In this document: positions 30,173-39,997 of the stretch, piece after piece | Layout of the letters: the number at the start of each line of letters is the position of its first letter | Numbering within the stretch: the stretch's first letter is position 1 | From: an uncultured delta proteobacterium | GTDB taxonomy: Bacteria; Myxococcota_A; Polyangia; Fen-1088 | Assembly: GCA_963796685.1 (NCBI GenBank) | Contig: CAWCMR010000025.1 | Location: 192,001-256,000 of the forward strand | Reading direction: 5' to 3' | Length of the DNA stretch: 64,000 nt | Program-made: the position numbers and the translations under genes | The notes under the pieces: generated by a model | Database searches by the model: none | What the model was told of the DNA's origin: nothing | What the model saw: the letters and a program-made list of their open reading frames with translations, nothing else

Positions 30173-30356
30173 CAAACTGCTCAAGCTCTACAAATTCGCG
30201 CAGGACGAGGGCGGCGCCATCGCCAAGGTCAAGCTGGCCATGGCCACGAAGATGCCATCCAACAAGGCGGCCACCGAGCCCGACTCGAAGGAAAACATCG
30301 AGTTGCTCAGGAAGGCCATCAAGGAGCTCTTGGGCAAGGACGCGCCACTTATCTAG
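30165..30356 (+). CDS. Small (63-aa) helical hypothetical protein coupled to the V4R gene
   Basis: ATG overlaps the upstream stop (ATGGCTGA) with an AGGAGG RBS; MADKLLKLYKFAQDEGGAIAKVKLAMATKMPS...LLGKDAPLI; GC3-rich codons. Confidence 0.8.
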   Translation: MADKLLKLYKFAQDEGGAIAKVKLAMATKMPSNKAATEPDSKENIELLRKAIKELLGKDAPLI

Positions 30357-30415
30357 CGCGAGCTCGACTCCTCGGGGCGGGCGGCGCGCTCCCCGCTTCC
30401 TGCTAGATTCCCCAC

Positions 30416-31069
30416 ATGCCGCGCGCAAGCGAAACCGTGCTCATCGATGGCCCCGTCGGCCCCGTGCAAACCCTGGTCGACGAACCCGAAACTTTGCGGG
30501 GGCTGGCGCTCGTGGCCCATCCTCATCCCCTCCTCGGCGGGGCCAACAACAACAAGGTGGTGTACACTCTCGCGCATTGCTTGCGCGATTTCGGCTACCT
30601 GGCGTTGCGACCCAACTTTCGCGGCGTGGGCAAGAGCGCCAGCGTCCACGATCATGGCGTGGGTGAGACCGAGGATCTGCTGGCCGTGATCGACTATGCC
30701 ACGGGACGCTGGGACACCTCGCGCGCGCTGCCGGTGCTCTTGGCCGGGTATTCGTTCGGCGCGTTCGTGCAAACCCGGGTGGCCAAGCGCCTGACCGAAG
30801 GCGAACGGCCAGCCGAGCAATCGATCCTGGTGGCCATGGCCGCGGGACCGCTCGAAGGCAACAGGGAATACCGACCCGAGCCTGTCCCGCGCGGCACTCT
30901 TCTGATCCACGGCGGTCGTGACACCACGGTTCCCTTGGCGAACATCCTCGCCTTCGCCGAGCCACTCGACGTGCCCGTGACCGTGATTCCCGGCGCCGAT
31001 CACTTCTTCCACGGCCGCCTGCACATCCTACGCGAGCTCGTTGAGCGCGATCGACGCGCGGCCCGGTGA
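30416..31069 (+). CDS. Alpha/beta hydrolase (COG2945-like)
   Basis: HPHPLLGGA, NFRGVGKS, GYSFGA nucleophile elbow, IHGGRD and ADHFF motifs. Confidence 0.9.
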   Translation: MPRASETVLIDGPVGPVQTLVDEPETLRGLALVAHPHPLLGGANNNKVVYTLAHCLRDFGYLALRPNFRGVGKSASVHDHGVGETEDLLAVIDYATGRWDTSRALPVLLAGYSFGAFVQTRVAKRLTEGERPAEQSILVAMAAGPLEGNREYRPEPVPRGTLLIHGGRDTTVPLANILAFAEPLDVPVTVIPGADHFFHGRLHILRELVERDRRAAR

Positions 31070-31142
31070 CCGCGCAATGGCCAAGCATGACGACTGGAAG
31101 TGTGGCACCATCGTAACTCACGTCGAAATCGAACGGAGGGAT

Positions 31143-32573
31143 ATGGATTCAACGTCTCCGGCGGTGGTTGCAAGACTCGCCCTGTTCCTGCTCCTTGGCG
31201 CAGTCGGGTGTGGCGCGGGCTCCAAGGCCCCCCCGAAGATGGATTCCGGCGTCGTCGCGAGTGGCGGAACCACCACCGCAGGCGGCGGCATGCCGGGCAG
31301 CGGCGGCACGATCTCGGCAGGGGCAACCGGTGGGACGACAGGAGCGACGGGCGGCACGCCGTCGAGCCTGGGGGGCGACGCCGGTGCGGCGGGCGCGATC
31401 GGCGGTGGTGGCCGAACCGCGACTGGCGGTTCCACGAGCGGTGGAGGCACCAAGGGCTCTGATGGTGACGTGGGCTCCGGTGGCACGACCACGGCCACCG
31501 GGGGAGTGACCGGCACCGGCGGAAGCCCTACCTCTGGCGGTGGTGGCGGTACGGGCCGCGACGCCAGCGCGCCATCCGACAGCGCACGCGATGCTGGCGA
31601 TGGTCCCCGTGATGACGTCGCCATGGATGTCGGCGGCCTCGACATCGCCGACGCTGGTCCCGGTATCCAGGGGCCGCAGACCTTCCATTGCGTGAACTGG
31701 GCCGACCCGAGGGACAACTTCGTCGACGGCCTGCTCGCGCTCTCGGGCCTGTCTTCCAGCTCGGACACCTATGCGACGGTTCAGACGAAGGCCGGCGACA
31801 TCTTGTCCGAGTTCCAGTCCAAGCTGAAGGCCAACGCCATCCGCATTCCCATCAACGAGCCGACGGTTTCCAGCACGTGGTGGAACGCCTACAAAGCCGT
31901 CATCGATACGGCCGTGGGCAAGGGCATGAAGGTCATTGTCGCGTACTGGGCATACCAAAACGGCAAACCCGACGACGCCGCTGCATTCAAGGCCATGTGG
32001 CAAGTCGTCGTCTCGGCCTACCAGAGCAACGACCTGGTCTACTTCGACATTCACAACGAACCCTATGGGTACGGCAGCGCCTGGAACGATACCGCGGCCC
32101 AATGGTTGACGGACTTCGCGACCGTACCCCGAGGCCGCGTGATCGTCGCCGGCACCGGCTACGACGACAACGTCGTCCCCGTAGGCCGCGACGCGCGCTT
32201 CGCCGGATGCATCTTGCAACTCCATATCTACGGGTTCTGGCACGACACGTGGACGACCCAAAAGCAATGGAGCGACAGCATGACCTCGGCGCTCGGAAGC
32301 TACCCCGCACGCACCCTCGTCGGCGAGTGGGGCGCGCCGATGACGACCGGCACCGATTACGGCGTGAGCAGCGACGGCGACGTGTTTCGCTCGTACGTCA
32401 GAGCCGTGTCGGACATCATGCACGACGCCAGCATGGGAAGCTGCTATTGGCCGGGCCTGCGCAATGGCGACAGCTACTCCATGACCACGCTGAGCACGGG
32501 CGGCAGTCCCCTGAGCCTGACGGTCACGAGCACCTCCGGGCTCGGCCGCCTGCAATGGGCCTGGCAACTGTAA
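31143..32573 (+). CDS. GH5-family glycoside hydrolase lipoprotein with Gly/Thr linker
   Basis: ATG after GGAGG; lipobox AVGC; NWADPRDNF, IRIPIN, HNEPYG (acid/base), VGEWG (nucleophile) and YWPGLR. Confidence 0.85.
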   Translation: MDSTSPAVVARLALFLLLGAVGCGAGSKAPPKMDSGVVASGGTTTAGGGMPGSGGTISAGATGGTTGATGGTPSSLGGDAGAAGAIGGGGRTATGGSTSGGGTKGSDGDVGSGGTTTATGGVTGTGGSPTSGGGGGTGRDASAPSDSARDAGDGPRDDVAMDVGGLDIADAGPGIQGPQTFHCVNWADPRDNFVDGLLALSGLSSSSDTYATVQTKAGDILSEFQSKLKANAIRIPINEPTVSSTWWNAYKAVIDTAVGKGMKVIVAYWAYQNGKPDDAAAFKAMWQVVVSAYQSNDLVYFDIHNEPYGYGSAWNDTAAQWLTDFATVPRGRVIVAGTGYDDNVVPVGRDARFAGCILQLHIYGFWHDTWTTQKQWSDSMTSALGSYPARTLVGEWGAPMTTGTDYGVSSDGDVFRSYVRAVSDIMHDASMGSCYWPGLRNGDSYSMTTLSTGGSPLSLTVTSTSGLGRLQWAWQL

Positions 32574-32581
32574 GAGATTGG

Positions 32582-35515
32582 CTACGAATCGGTGCTGCCG
32601 TCGAAGACGCGCGCGATTGCTCGCCCGAGCGCTTCGACGGTGTAGGGCTTGGCAAGCCAGAACAGGCCCTTGCCGACAGCGAGCTCGGCCCGCTCGCTGG
32701 GCGCGTGACCGCTGGCCACGATGGCCTTCTGGGCCGGGAATAGCCGCTGGATAAGCTCGAAAACCTGCAACCCGTCGAGCATTTCGCCCAGCACCATGTC
32801 CATGATGACGAGATCGTATGGGCTCTTGCCAGTCTGCGCTGCCTGGTTGAACACCTCGTAAGCGTGCAAGCCACTTTGCGTGGTATCGACTTCGTAACCA
32901 AGGTGGACGAGAATCCTTCGGCAAGTTTGCAGTTGGATGGATTCATCATCGACGATGAGGATCTTCGCCCGGCGACGGGGCGCCACCACGAGCGGCTCGC
33001 TGCCCTCCAGGACCGCCTGCACCAGGGGAAGATAGAGAGAAAAGGTCGTTCCCTTTCCGGGGACACTGGACACGTCGATGAAGCCCTCGTGCTCTTTGAC
33101 CACGCCGTGCACGATGGCCAGACCGAGCCCCGAGCCCGAGCTTTCGCCCACGCGCTTCTTGGTGAAGAATGGCTCGAAGACGCGCCCCAGCTCCTGGAGC
33201 TCGATGCCGCAACCATCGTCGGCCACCGTCAGCACCGCGTAGTGCCCCGCGGGAATGGCCTCGTAGCCTGCCGCGGGCCGGGCCAGGTGCTCGCGCCGGG
33301 TCTTGACCACGATCTCGCCTCGGCTCTGGATGGCGTCGATGGCGTTACGCACCAGGTTCCCAACCGCGCGCGCCAGCTGCGACTCCGAGCCCCGGACGGC
33401 TAGCGGCTCGGCGCAGTAGTCGACCACCACGCCGACGTGGGGGCTCTTGTCGCTGGCGAAGCGCAGAGAGCCTTCGGCCAAGCAGGACTTGACCACGCCG
33501 TTGAGATCGATGTTCTCCTTCATGGTCCTGCCCTGACGGCCCAGCGTGAGGAGGTCCTTGATGGTCTGGGCGGCGCGCAGGGACGCGGTCTTGATGATCT
33601 CGATGTCGGCGCGCAAGCCTCCCATGGCGTTGTCGTCCGTCTTCAACCGGTGGAGATCGTCGAGGATGAGATCGGGCAGCGCCACGAGTGGACCCAGGAC
33701 ATTGTTGAGATCGTGCGCCACGCCGCCGGCAAGAACGCTCAAGGCCTCCATCCGTTTCGTGGTGGCCAATCGCTCTTGGACGCTGCGTTCGTGCAACATG
33801 GTCTTCTGCACCAACTCCTGATGAAGACGAATGCTCCTCAACACCGCCGTGATCTCGTTGCGGAAGACCGCATAGCTGCGGACCCCGTCGGCGTAGTCGA
33901 AAGCGGCCACGCCGAGCAGCTGGGATTCGAATGCCAATGGGAATACCAGGAGCGTGCGACGCCGTTCGAGGGCCAAGGCACTCGGAGGCAACAGTCGGCT
34001 CGTGGAGAAGCTCGACGCTGGCAGCTTGAGGGCTTGCCCATCCACGAGACAGACCACCGGCACGAGCTCGCTGGCATCGGCGTCGGGAGCGCAAGACAAA
34101 AACGCCGTGCGAACACCCACCGCGGGGAACCCCTTGCGCAGGGTCTCCTCGAGCGACGAGAGATCGAAGGCGACGGAGGCTTGGTCGCCGAGGTTCAGCA
34201 GGGTCACATAGCTCTCCTCCAGGTTCAGGCGTTGTCGCGTTTGCGCGGTGGTGCTGGAGAGCGCGACCAGGTTCGTCCCTTCGTAAAAGGCGCGCTCGAG
34301 GTCGATGTCCGAGATGTCCGAGAGCTCGTCGCGCAGCCATCCGATCGCGTCCTGGAGCAGCTGATGATGTTCGTTGTCGTCGCCCAAGTCCTCGAGCAGG
34401 TCGCCCACCGCCTTCTGAAACCCCCGGTATTGTCCGCCGGCCCCGACGCGAAGGGATTCGATCAGTCGATGGCTGACCAGCGTTGCGTCCTCGGGGCGGG
34501 CATGGAGCGCGCCCGCGAGCCTCGCTCCCAGCGCGTCCATCCGATCTTGCCGATCTTGCCGACCTTGCAGATGCTGGTGTCGAGAAGACTCTTCGCTCTT
34601 CGCAGAGGCGTGGGCAGCTCTTGGATGCTGCTCGAATTCGCAACCGCATGAGCGGCGGCGGACGAAGCGGGAAGGCAGCGCGACGCAATCGGGGACCCGC
34701 TCGCCAGCGAGCTGGGCCACCACAGTCTCGACAGCCAGGGTCGCCATGCGATCGAAGGGCTGGCCCACGGTCGTCAGGGGTGGGCTTCCCAATCCCGCGA
34801 CCGGCAGGTCGTCGAAGCCGGTCACGGGGATATCTCGCGGTACCCGCCGACCCCACTTGCGCAAGGCTTCGATGGCTCCGATGGCCATGTTGTCGTTCGC
34901 AGCCACCACACCGTCGAAGTCGACCCCCGCGGCAAGCAGATCGTCCATGGCGCCGCGGCCCTGTTTGGGCATGAAATAGCCGCATGCCACGAGCACCGGA
35001 TCGAAGGGGATACCGTGTCTGGCGAGGACCTCCTTGTAGACCTCGAATCGCAGCTGCGCCTCGGGGTTCTGGGGGGTGCCGGAGAGAAACACGGGCCGGC
35101 GGACCCCGTGCTCGCGCACCAGGTGCTCGACCACGGCCTCCATGCCGCTTCGGTTGTCGAGCACCAGGCTGGGAATGCCCGGCAATGCCAGACCGACGCT
35201 ACACAGGTTGGCCGGCCGGTAGCTTTCCATCAAACGAGCGACGGGGTCCGGGCCGCAGAAGGCCGCGAGCATGCTCGACACGACGATGATTCCGTCGAAG
35301 ACGCCCGACCGCAGCGCTCGGAACAGGGTGTTGTCCGCCGCGCCCGTCGGACCTGGGGCGTCGAGAGGCCCACCGTAGAGCAGCAGCAGGTTGTGCCCGT
35401 CCTGGCGACACTTGGCATCGAGCGCCTCGCGCAGGTTGGCCTCGTAGCAACCCTCGAAAAAGTTGGCGTTGTCGATCAGGACCGCGATGGTTAGTCGTTT
35501 CGCCACAGCCTGCAC
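32582..35515 (-). CDS. Hybrid histidine kinase with N-terminal LacI-type sugar-binding domain (PBP + HisKA + HATPase + REC)
   Basis: DNRSGM...HL, AANDNMAIGA and VPRDIPVTGFDD (LacI/PBP3); GVAHDLNN; NLVRNA, DDGCGI and GSGLGL; REC ILIVDDE...IMDM; no TM segment. Confidence 0.9.
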   Translation of the reverse strand: MQAVAKRLTIAVLIDNANFFEGCYEANLREALDAKCRQDGHNLLLLYGGPLDAPGPTGAADNTLFRALRSGVFDGIIVVSSMLAAFCGPDPVARLMESYRPANLCSVGLALPGIPSLVLDNRSGMEAVVEHLVREHGVRRPVFLSGTPQNPEAQLRFEVYKEVLARHGIPFDPVLVACGYFMPKQGRGAMDDLLAAGVDFDGVVAANDNMAIGAIEALRKWGRRVPRDIPVTGFDDLPVAGLGSPPLTTVGQPFDRMATLAVETVVAQLAGERVPDCVALPSRFVRRRSCGCEFEQHPRAAHASAKSEESSRHQHLQGRQDRQDRMDALGARLAGALHARPEDATLVSHRLIESLRVGAGGQYRGFQKAVGDLLEDLGDDNEHHQLLQDAIGWLRDELSDISDIDLERAFYEGTNLVALSSTTAQTRQRLNLEESYVTLLNLGDQASVAFDLSSLEETLRKGFPAVGVRTAFLSCAPDADASELVPVVCLVDGQALKLPASSFSTSRLLPPSALALERRRTLLVFPLAFESQLLGVAAFDYADGVRSYAVFRNEITAVLRSIRLHQELVQKTMLHERSVQERLATTKRMEALSVLAGGVAHDLNNVLGPLVALPDLILDDLHRLKTDDNAMGGLRADIEIIKTASLRAAQTIKDLLTLGRQGRTMKENIDLNGVVKSCLAEGSLRFASDKSPHVGVVVDYCAEPLAVRGSESQLARAVGNLVRNAIDAIQSRGEIVVKTRREHLARPAAGYEAIPAGHYAVLTVADDGCGIELQELGRVFEPFFTKKRVGESSGSGLGLAIVHGVVKEHEGFIDVSSVPGKGTTFSLYLPLVQAVLEGSEPLVVAPRRRAKILIVDDESIQLQTCRRILVHLGYEVDTTQSGLHAYEVFNQAAQTGKSPYDLVIMDMVLGEMLDGLQVFELIQRLFPAQKAIVASGHAPSERAELAVGKGLFWLAKPYTVEALGRAIARVFDGSTDS

Positions 35516-35557
35516 CGGCCAGCCTTCAGCCTTCTCGCAAACTTGGAGGGTATTTTA

Positions 35558-35597
35558 GATGTCATATTATGATATCTTGCTTACATTATTATAAGCA
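35558..35597. promoter_or_regulatory. AT-rich region with two adjacent inverted repeats (candidate operators) upstream of the hybrid kinase
   Basis: GATGTCATA-T-TATGATATC (35558-35576) and TGCTTA-N8-TAAGCA (35578-35597). Confidence 0.45.
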
Positions 35598-35637
35598 CCG
35601 AACCACTTCTCTCGCTACAGCAAAAATAGGGATTCGG

Positions 35638-37023
35638 TCAATTGAAGGACATGCAATCGCCGCCGCAGCCGTTTGCTGGCGGGGTTCCTTGGTCGCACAG
35701 CTCGCCTCCATCCAGAATTCCGTCGCCGCAGCGAGGGATGGTGCAGTCGCGCCGGCACACACCGGGCGAATTGTACGCCTTGATGGTCAGCGGCTGGCCG
35801 AGGTCGAGATTGACCACCGAGCCATCGCTTTGCACCCAGGTCCAGGTGGAAATCCCATCGATGAACGAGGGATCGATGGTTATTTCCCAATCACCAGGAA
35901 AGGGCAGTCCGGAAAGCGCTCCGCCATCCGAGTTGTTGGTGAACTTCCAAAATCCCGTCGCGTCGGTCGGCGAGGTCATCAGCAATTCGTCCGGATCATC
36001 GGACACGGCCACGGTCGTCGTGCCGGGTAGTCCGCTGAACAACATCTGCACGTGCGATGTGGGTTGCGCCAGGCCGGTACTGTCCTGGTCCACACCATGG
36101 ACCACGACCAAGCTGAGGGCGAGCGTGGAGGTGTCGAGGTAGAGCAGAATCCGACTTACCCCGACTTGCTCGAGGCCCGTGTGCGCGCTGGCTGAGGAGT
36201 AACCGTAGTAGTCCTCGACGGAATAGGATCGCATGTTGGGCACCGCTGCGAAGCCCTGGCCAGACTGGGTGACCCAGAAGGCCGGCACGGTCTCGTTGCC
36301 GGCGCCCAGATCGCATTGTTCGCCCGGGTCAATGATCCCGTCTCCGCAGGATCCACCCGTACCGACGGTCCCGCCCGAGGTCGTCGCGCCCCCGGTGGAG
36401 ACCGCACCGCCTGAAGCGCGCGATCCCCCAGTGCCGAGCGCGCCTCCCGAATACCCTCCGGAGCCCGTATGGCCCCCGCTGCCAAGCGATCCACCGGTCG
36501 ATGAGGTGCCGCCGTGCCCAACCACTCCGCCGCTCGCCATGGTCCCGCCCGAATGGGAGACCCCGCCGCTGCCAATCCCACCGCCCACTCCGCTGCCGCT
36601 GGTGGCGTGCGTCCCGCCCGTCGCGGAGGCGCCGCCCGTGCGGCTCGTACCCGCGGTCCCCGCAACGCCGCCCGTACCTGCCCGCCCGCCGGTTGCCATG
36701 GAGCCTCCGAAGGCCGGAGCGCCACCGCTACCCGGCACCGACCCACCTGCGCCAGGGATCGTGCCATCCGTGCGACCGCCAGTTCCGTTCAACCCGCCGC
36801 CGAAACCGCCGGTCCCCTGTGGTCCATTGCCGCTGCCGCTCGCATCGACGGCACGCTGCTTGACCAGCGAGCTCCGCCCACACCCGACCGCTGCGACGCA
36901 CAGGATGGTGGCAAGCAAGCCGCAGGCGCGCACAGGCCAAAGGCCATCACTAGACGCGGAGCGTCGCGACGGCCAAGGTTGCCATGATGACGAGTTCGAA
37001 CCTCTTCGCGTGTTTGCGAACAT
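35638..37023 (-). CDS. Lipoprotein with Myxococcus cysteine-rich (DUF4215-type) repeats and Gly/Ser/Thr linker
   Basis: Lipobox AVGC; CGDGIIDPGEQCD and CGDGILDGGELCD flank a beta-rich domain; start uncertain. Confidence 0.75.
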   Translation of the reverse strand: MFANTRRGSNSSSWQPWPSRRSASSDGLWPVRACGLLATILCVAAVGCGRSSLVKQRAVDASGSGNGPQGTGGFGGGLNGTGGRTDGTIPGAGGSVPGSGGAPAFGGSMATGGRAGTGGVAGTAGTSRTGGASATGGTHATSGSGVGGGIGSGGVSHSGGTMASGGVVGHGGTSSTGGSLGSGGHTGSGGYSGGALGTGGSRASGGAVSTGGATTSGGTVGTGGSCGDGIIDPGEQCDLGAGNETVPAFWVTQSGQGFAAVPNMRSYSVEDYYGYSSASAHTGLEQVGVSRILLYLDTSTLALSLVVVHGVDQDSTGLAQPTSHVQMLFSGLPGTTTVAVSDDPDELLMTSPTDATGFWKFTNNSDGGALSGLPFPGDWEITIDPSFIDGISTWTWVQSDGSVVNLDLGQPLTIKAYNSPGVCRRDCTIPRCGDGILDGGELCDQGTPPANGCGGDCMSFN

Positions 37024-37183
37024 TGGGTTCCTCCAATAGCCACAACCTTCCCGGCCAACAGCTCCTGCTTATCACAATTGCGCGGCCGCTGACAGGCGCA
37101 CATGATTCCCAGGTCATGGTTCGCGAGCCGTTTCCGCGGGGACGAGCGACAGCCAAGCTGAACCTCAGGATGGAGTTGAACCG

Positions 37184-37485
37184 ATGACTCGACAATCAGG
37201 CTGGGCATTGCATCTCGCGATGGCTGGAATTCTGGGCCTCTTGGGCGGTTGTAGCCGCTCGGGACAAGCCGCATGCTGTTGACGTGGAAGTCTGGTTCGT
37301 CGCTGGCCGCGCAGGTGTACGACTCGGGCACCGGAGACAGCGTTGGCTCCCCATTCACCATCGCCGTACCCGATCATCCCTGGCAGTCCTGGAAACCGTT
37401 CCCCGACGGCAGCGTGGCCTACGCGGCGGTCGGCTCGGCGTCGAGCACGATTCAGATCGCGCGGGTCATGCCCTGCTCGGATTAG
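37184..37485 (+). pseudogene. Internally deleted lipoprotein remnant (signal peptide joined out of frame to a C-terminal fragment)
   Basis: ATG 37184 after GGAG gives MTRQSGWALHLAMAGILGLLGGC then a stop; another frame gives MLLTWKSGSSLAAQVYD...FPDGSVAY...IARVMPCSD with strong coding-like codon use. Confidence 0.5.
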
Positions 37486-37644
37486 TGCCGGTCAAGACCT
37501 GCAAGACCTGATCGTCCGCCGCGTTGACGACCGTCTGCGGCCATCGCGGGACGTGGGCCTGGCCTGGGGTGTGGCGATTCGCCCCGCGAGACAATCGGCC
37601 ACAGGCCAAAGCGTGGCAGAGCCGTGGTTTCTCGGGCAAGCCAG

Positions 37645-37660
37645 CGGCATGGGCAATGCA
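37645..37660 (+). promoter_or_regulatory. Candidate sigma54 (-24/-12) promoter
   Basis: CGGCATG-GGCA-ATGCA with exact GG-N10-GC spacing, ~60 bp upstream of ATG 37720. Confidence 0.4.
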
Positions 37661-37719
37661 GACGCGAATGCCGTGTTCCCATGAAGACAACGGCTGTGTT
37701 TCGGAAACCGGGGCGAGGC

Positions 37720-38451
37720 ATGAACGCGCGCGTCGTCGGGCTCGCATTGCCTGCCGTGCTCTTGATGCCGGCTTGCCAGCCGAAACCGCAGCAACAGCCC
37801 CAACCGCAAATCTTGCCCGAGCCGCAGCCGATGGTCACGGACGACAAGAAAATCATCGAGCTCACCGAAATGATGCGAAAGCGAGCCCTCGACGCTCCGG
37901 GCGGCGTCAGCGAGGCTCTGGATTTCGCCGACTACGTGACCCTGCTCTTCAGCCGCGGGATCTCCGAGCGCCGATCGGTTCCACCGGCGCTGGTGGACGA
38001 GGCGGTGGCCTGCTTGCAGCGCGCGCAGGAAGACCACCCCGACGCCACGGCCGACCTCCTGGCGGACAAGGGCCAGCTGTTGCTTGCGGCGGGCAAGACC
38101 GAACCAGCGGCGAGTGCCCTGCGTGAGTCCATCGCCGTTCATCCCAACCTGGGCGCCTTTACCCCGCTCGCGAAGCTCTATGCGGCCGAGGGGCGATCCG
38201 CCGAGATCGTGGTCTTGTGCAAGAAGACCTTGCCCGTGATGAAGTCCGAAGAGAGTCGGTACGCGGTGCTTGACGACTGCCTGAAATACAGTGGAGCGAA
38301 CACACCCGAGGTCGGCCTGCGATGGGCTCCGCACCGGGAGGTCTCGTTTTACAAGGTCAGGCATCGCGAATTGGAAGCCTTGGCGGCAGCGCGGCAGCTA
38401 CGGGAAAGGCCGGAGGCTACCGGAGAGCAGAAGCGAATCTCGAAGCGCTAG
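37720..38451 (+). CDS. TPR-like helical lipoprotein
   Basis: Lipobox MPAC, Gln/Pro linker, TPR-like LLADKGQLLLAAGKTEPAASALRESIAVHP; alternative start at 37681. Confidence 0.7.
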   Translation: MNARVVGLALPAVLLMPACQPKPQQQPQPQILPEPQPMVTDDKKIIELTEMMRKRALDAPGGVSEALDFADYVTLLFSRGISERRSVPPALVDEAVACLQRAQEDHPDATADLLADKGQLLLAAGKTEPAASALRESIAVHPNLGAFTPLAKLYAAEGRSAEIVVLCKKTLPVMKSEESRYAVLDDCLKYSGANTPEVGLRWAPHREVSFYKVRHRELEALAAARQLRERPEATGEQKRISKR

Positions 38452-38454
38452 TCG

Positions 38455-39972
<1,518 letters not shown>

Positions 39973-39997
39973 GCGCCTGACGGTAACATGAGGATCC

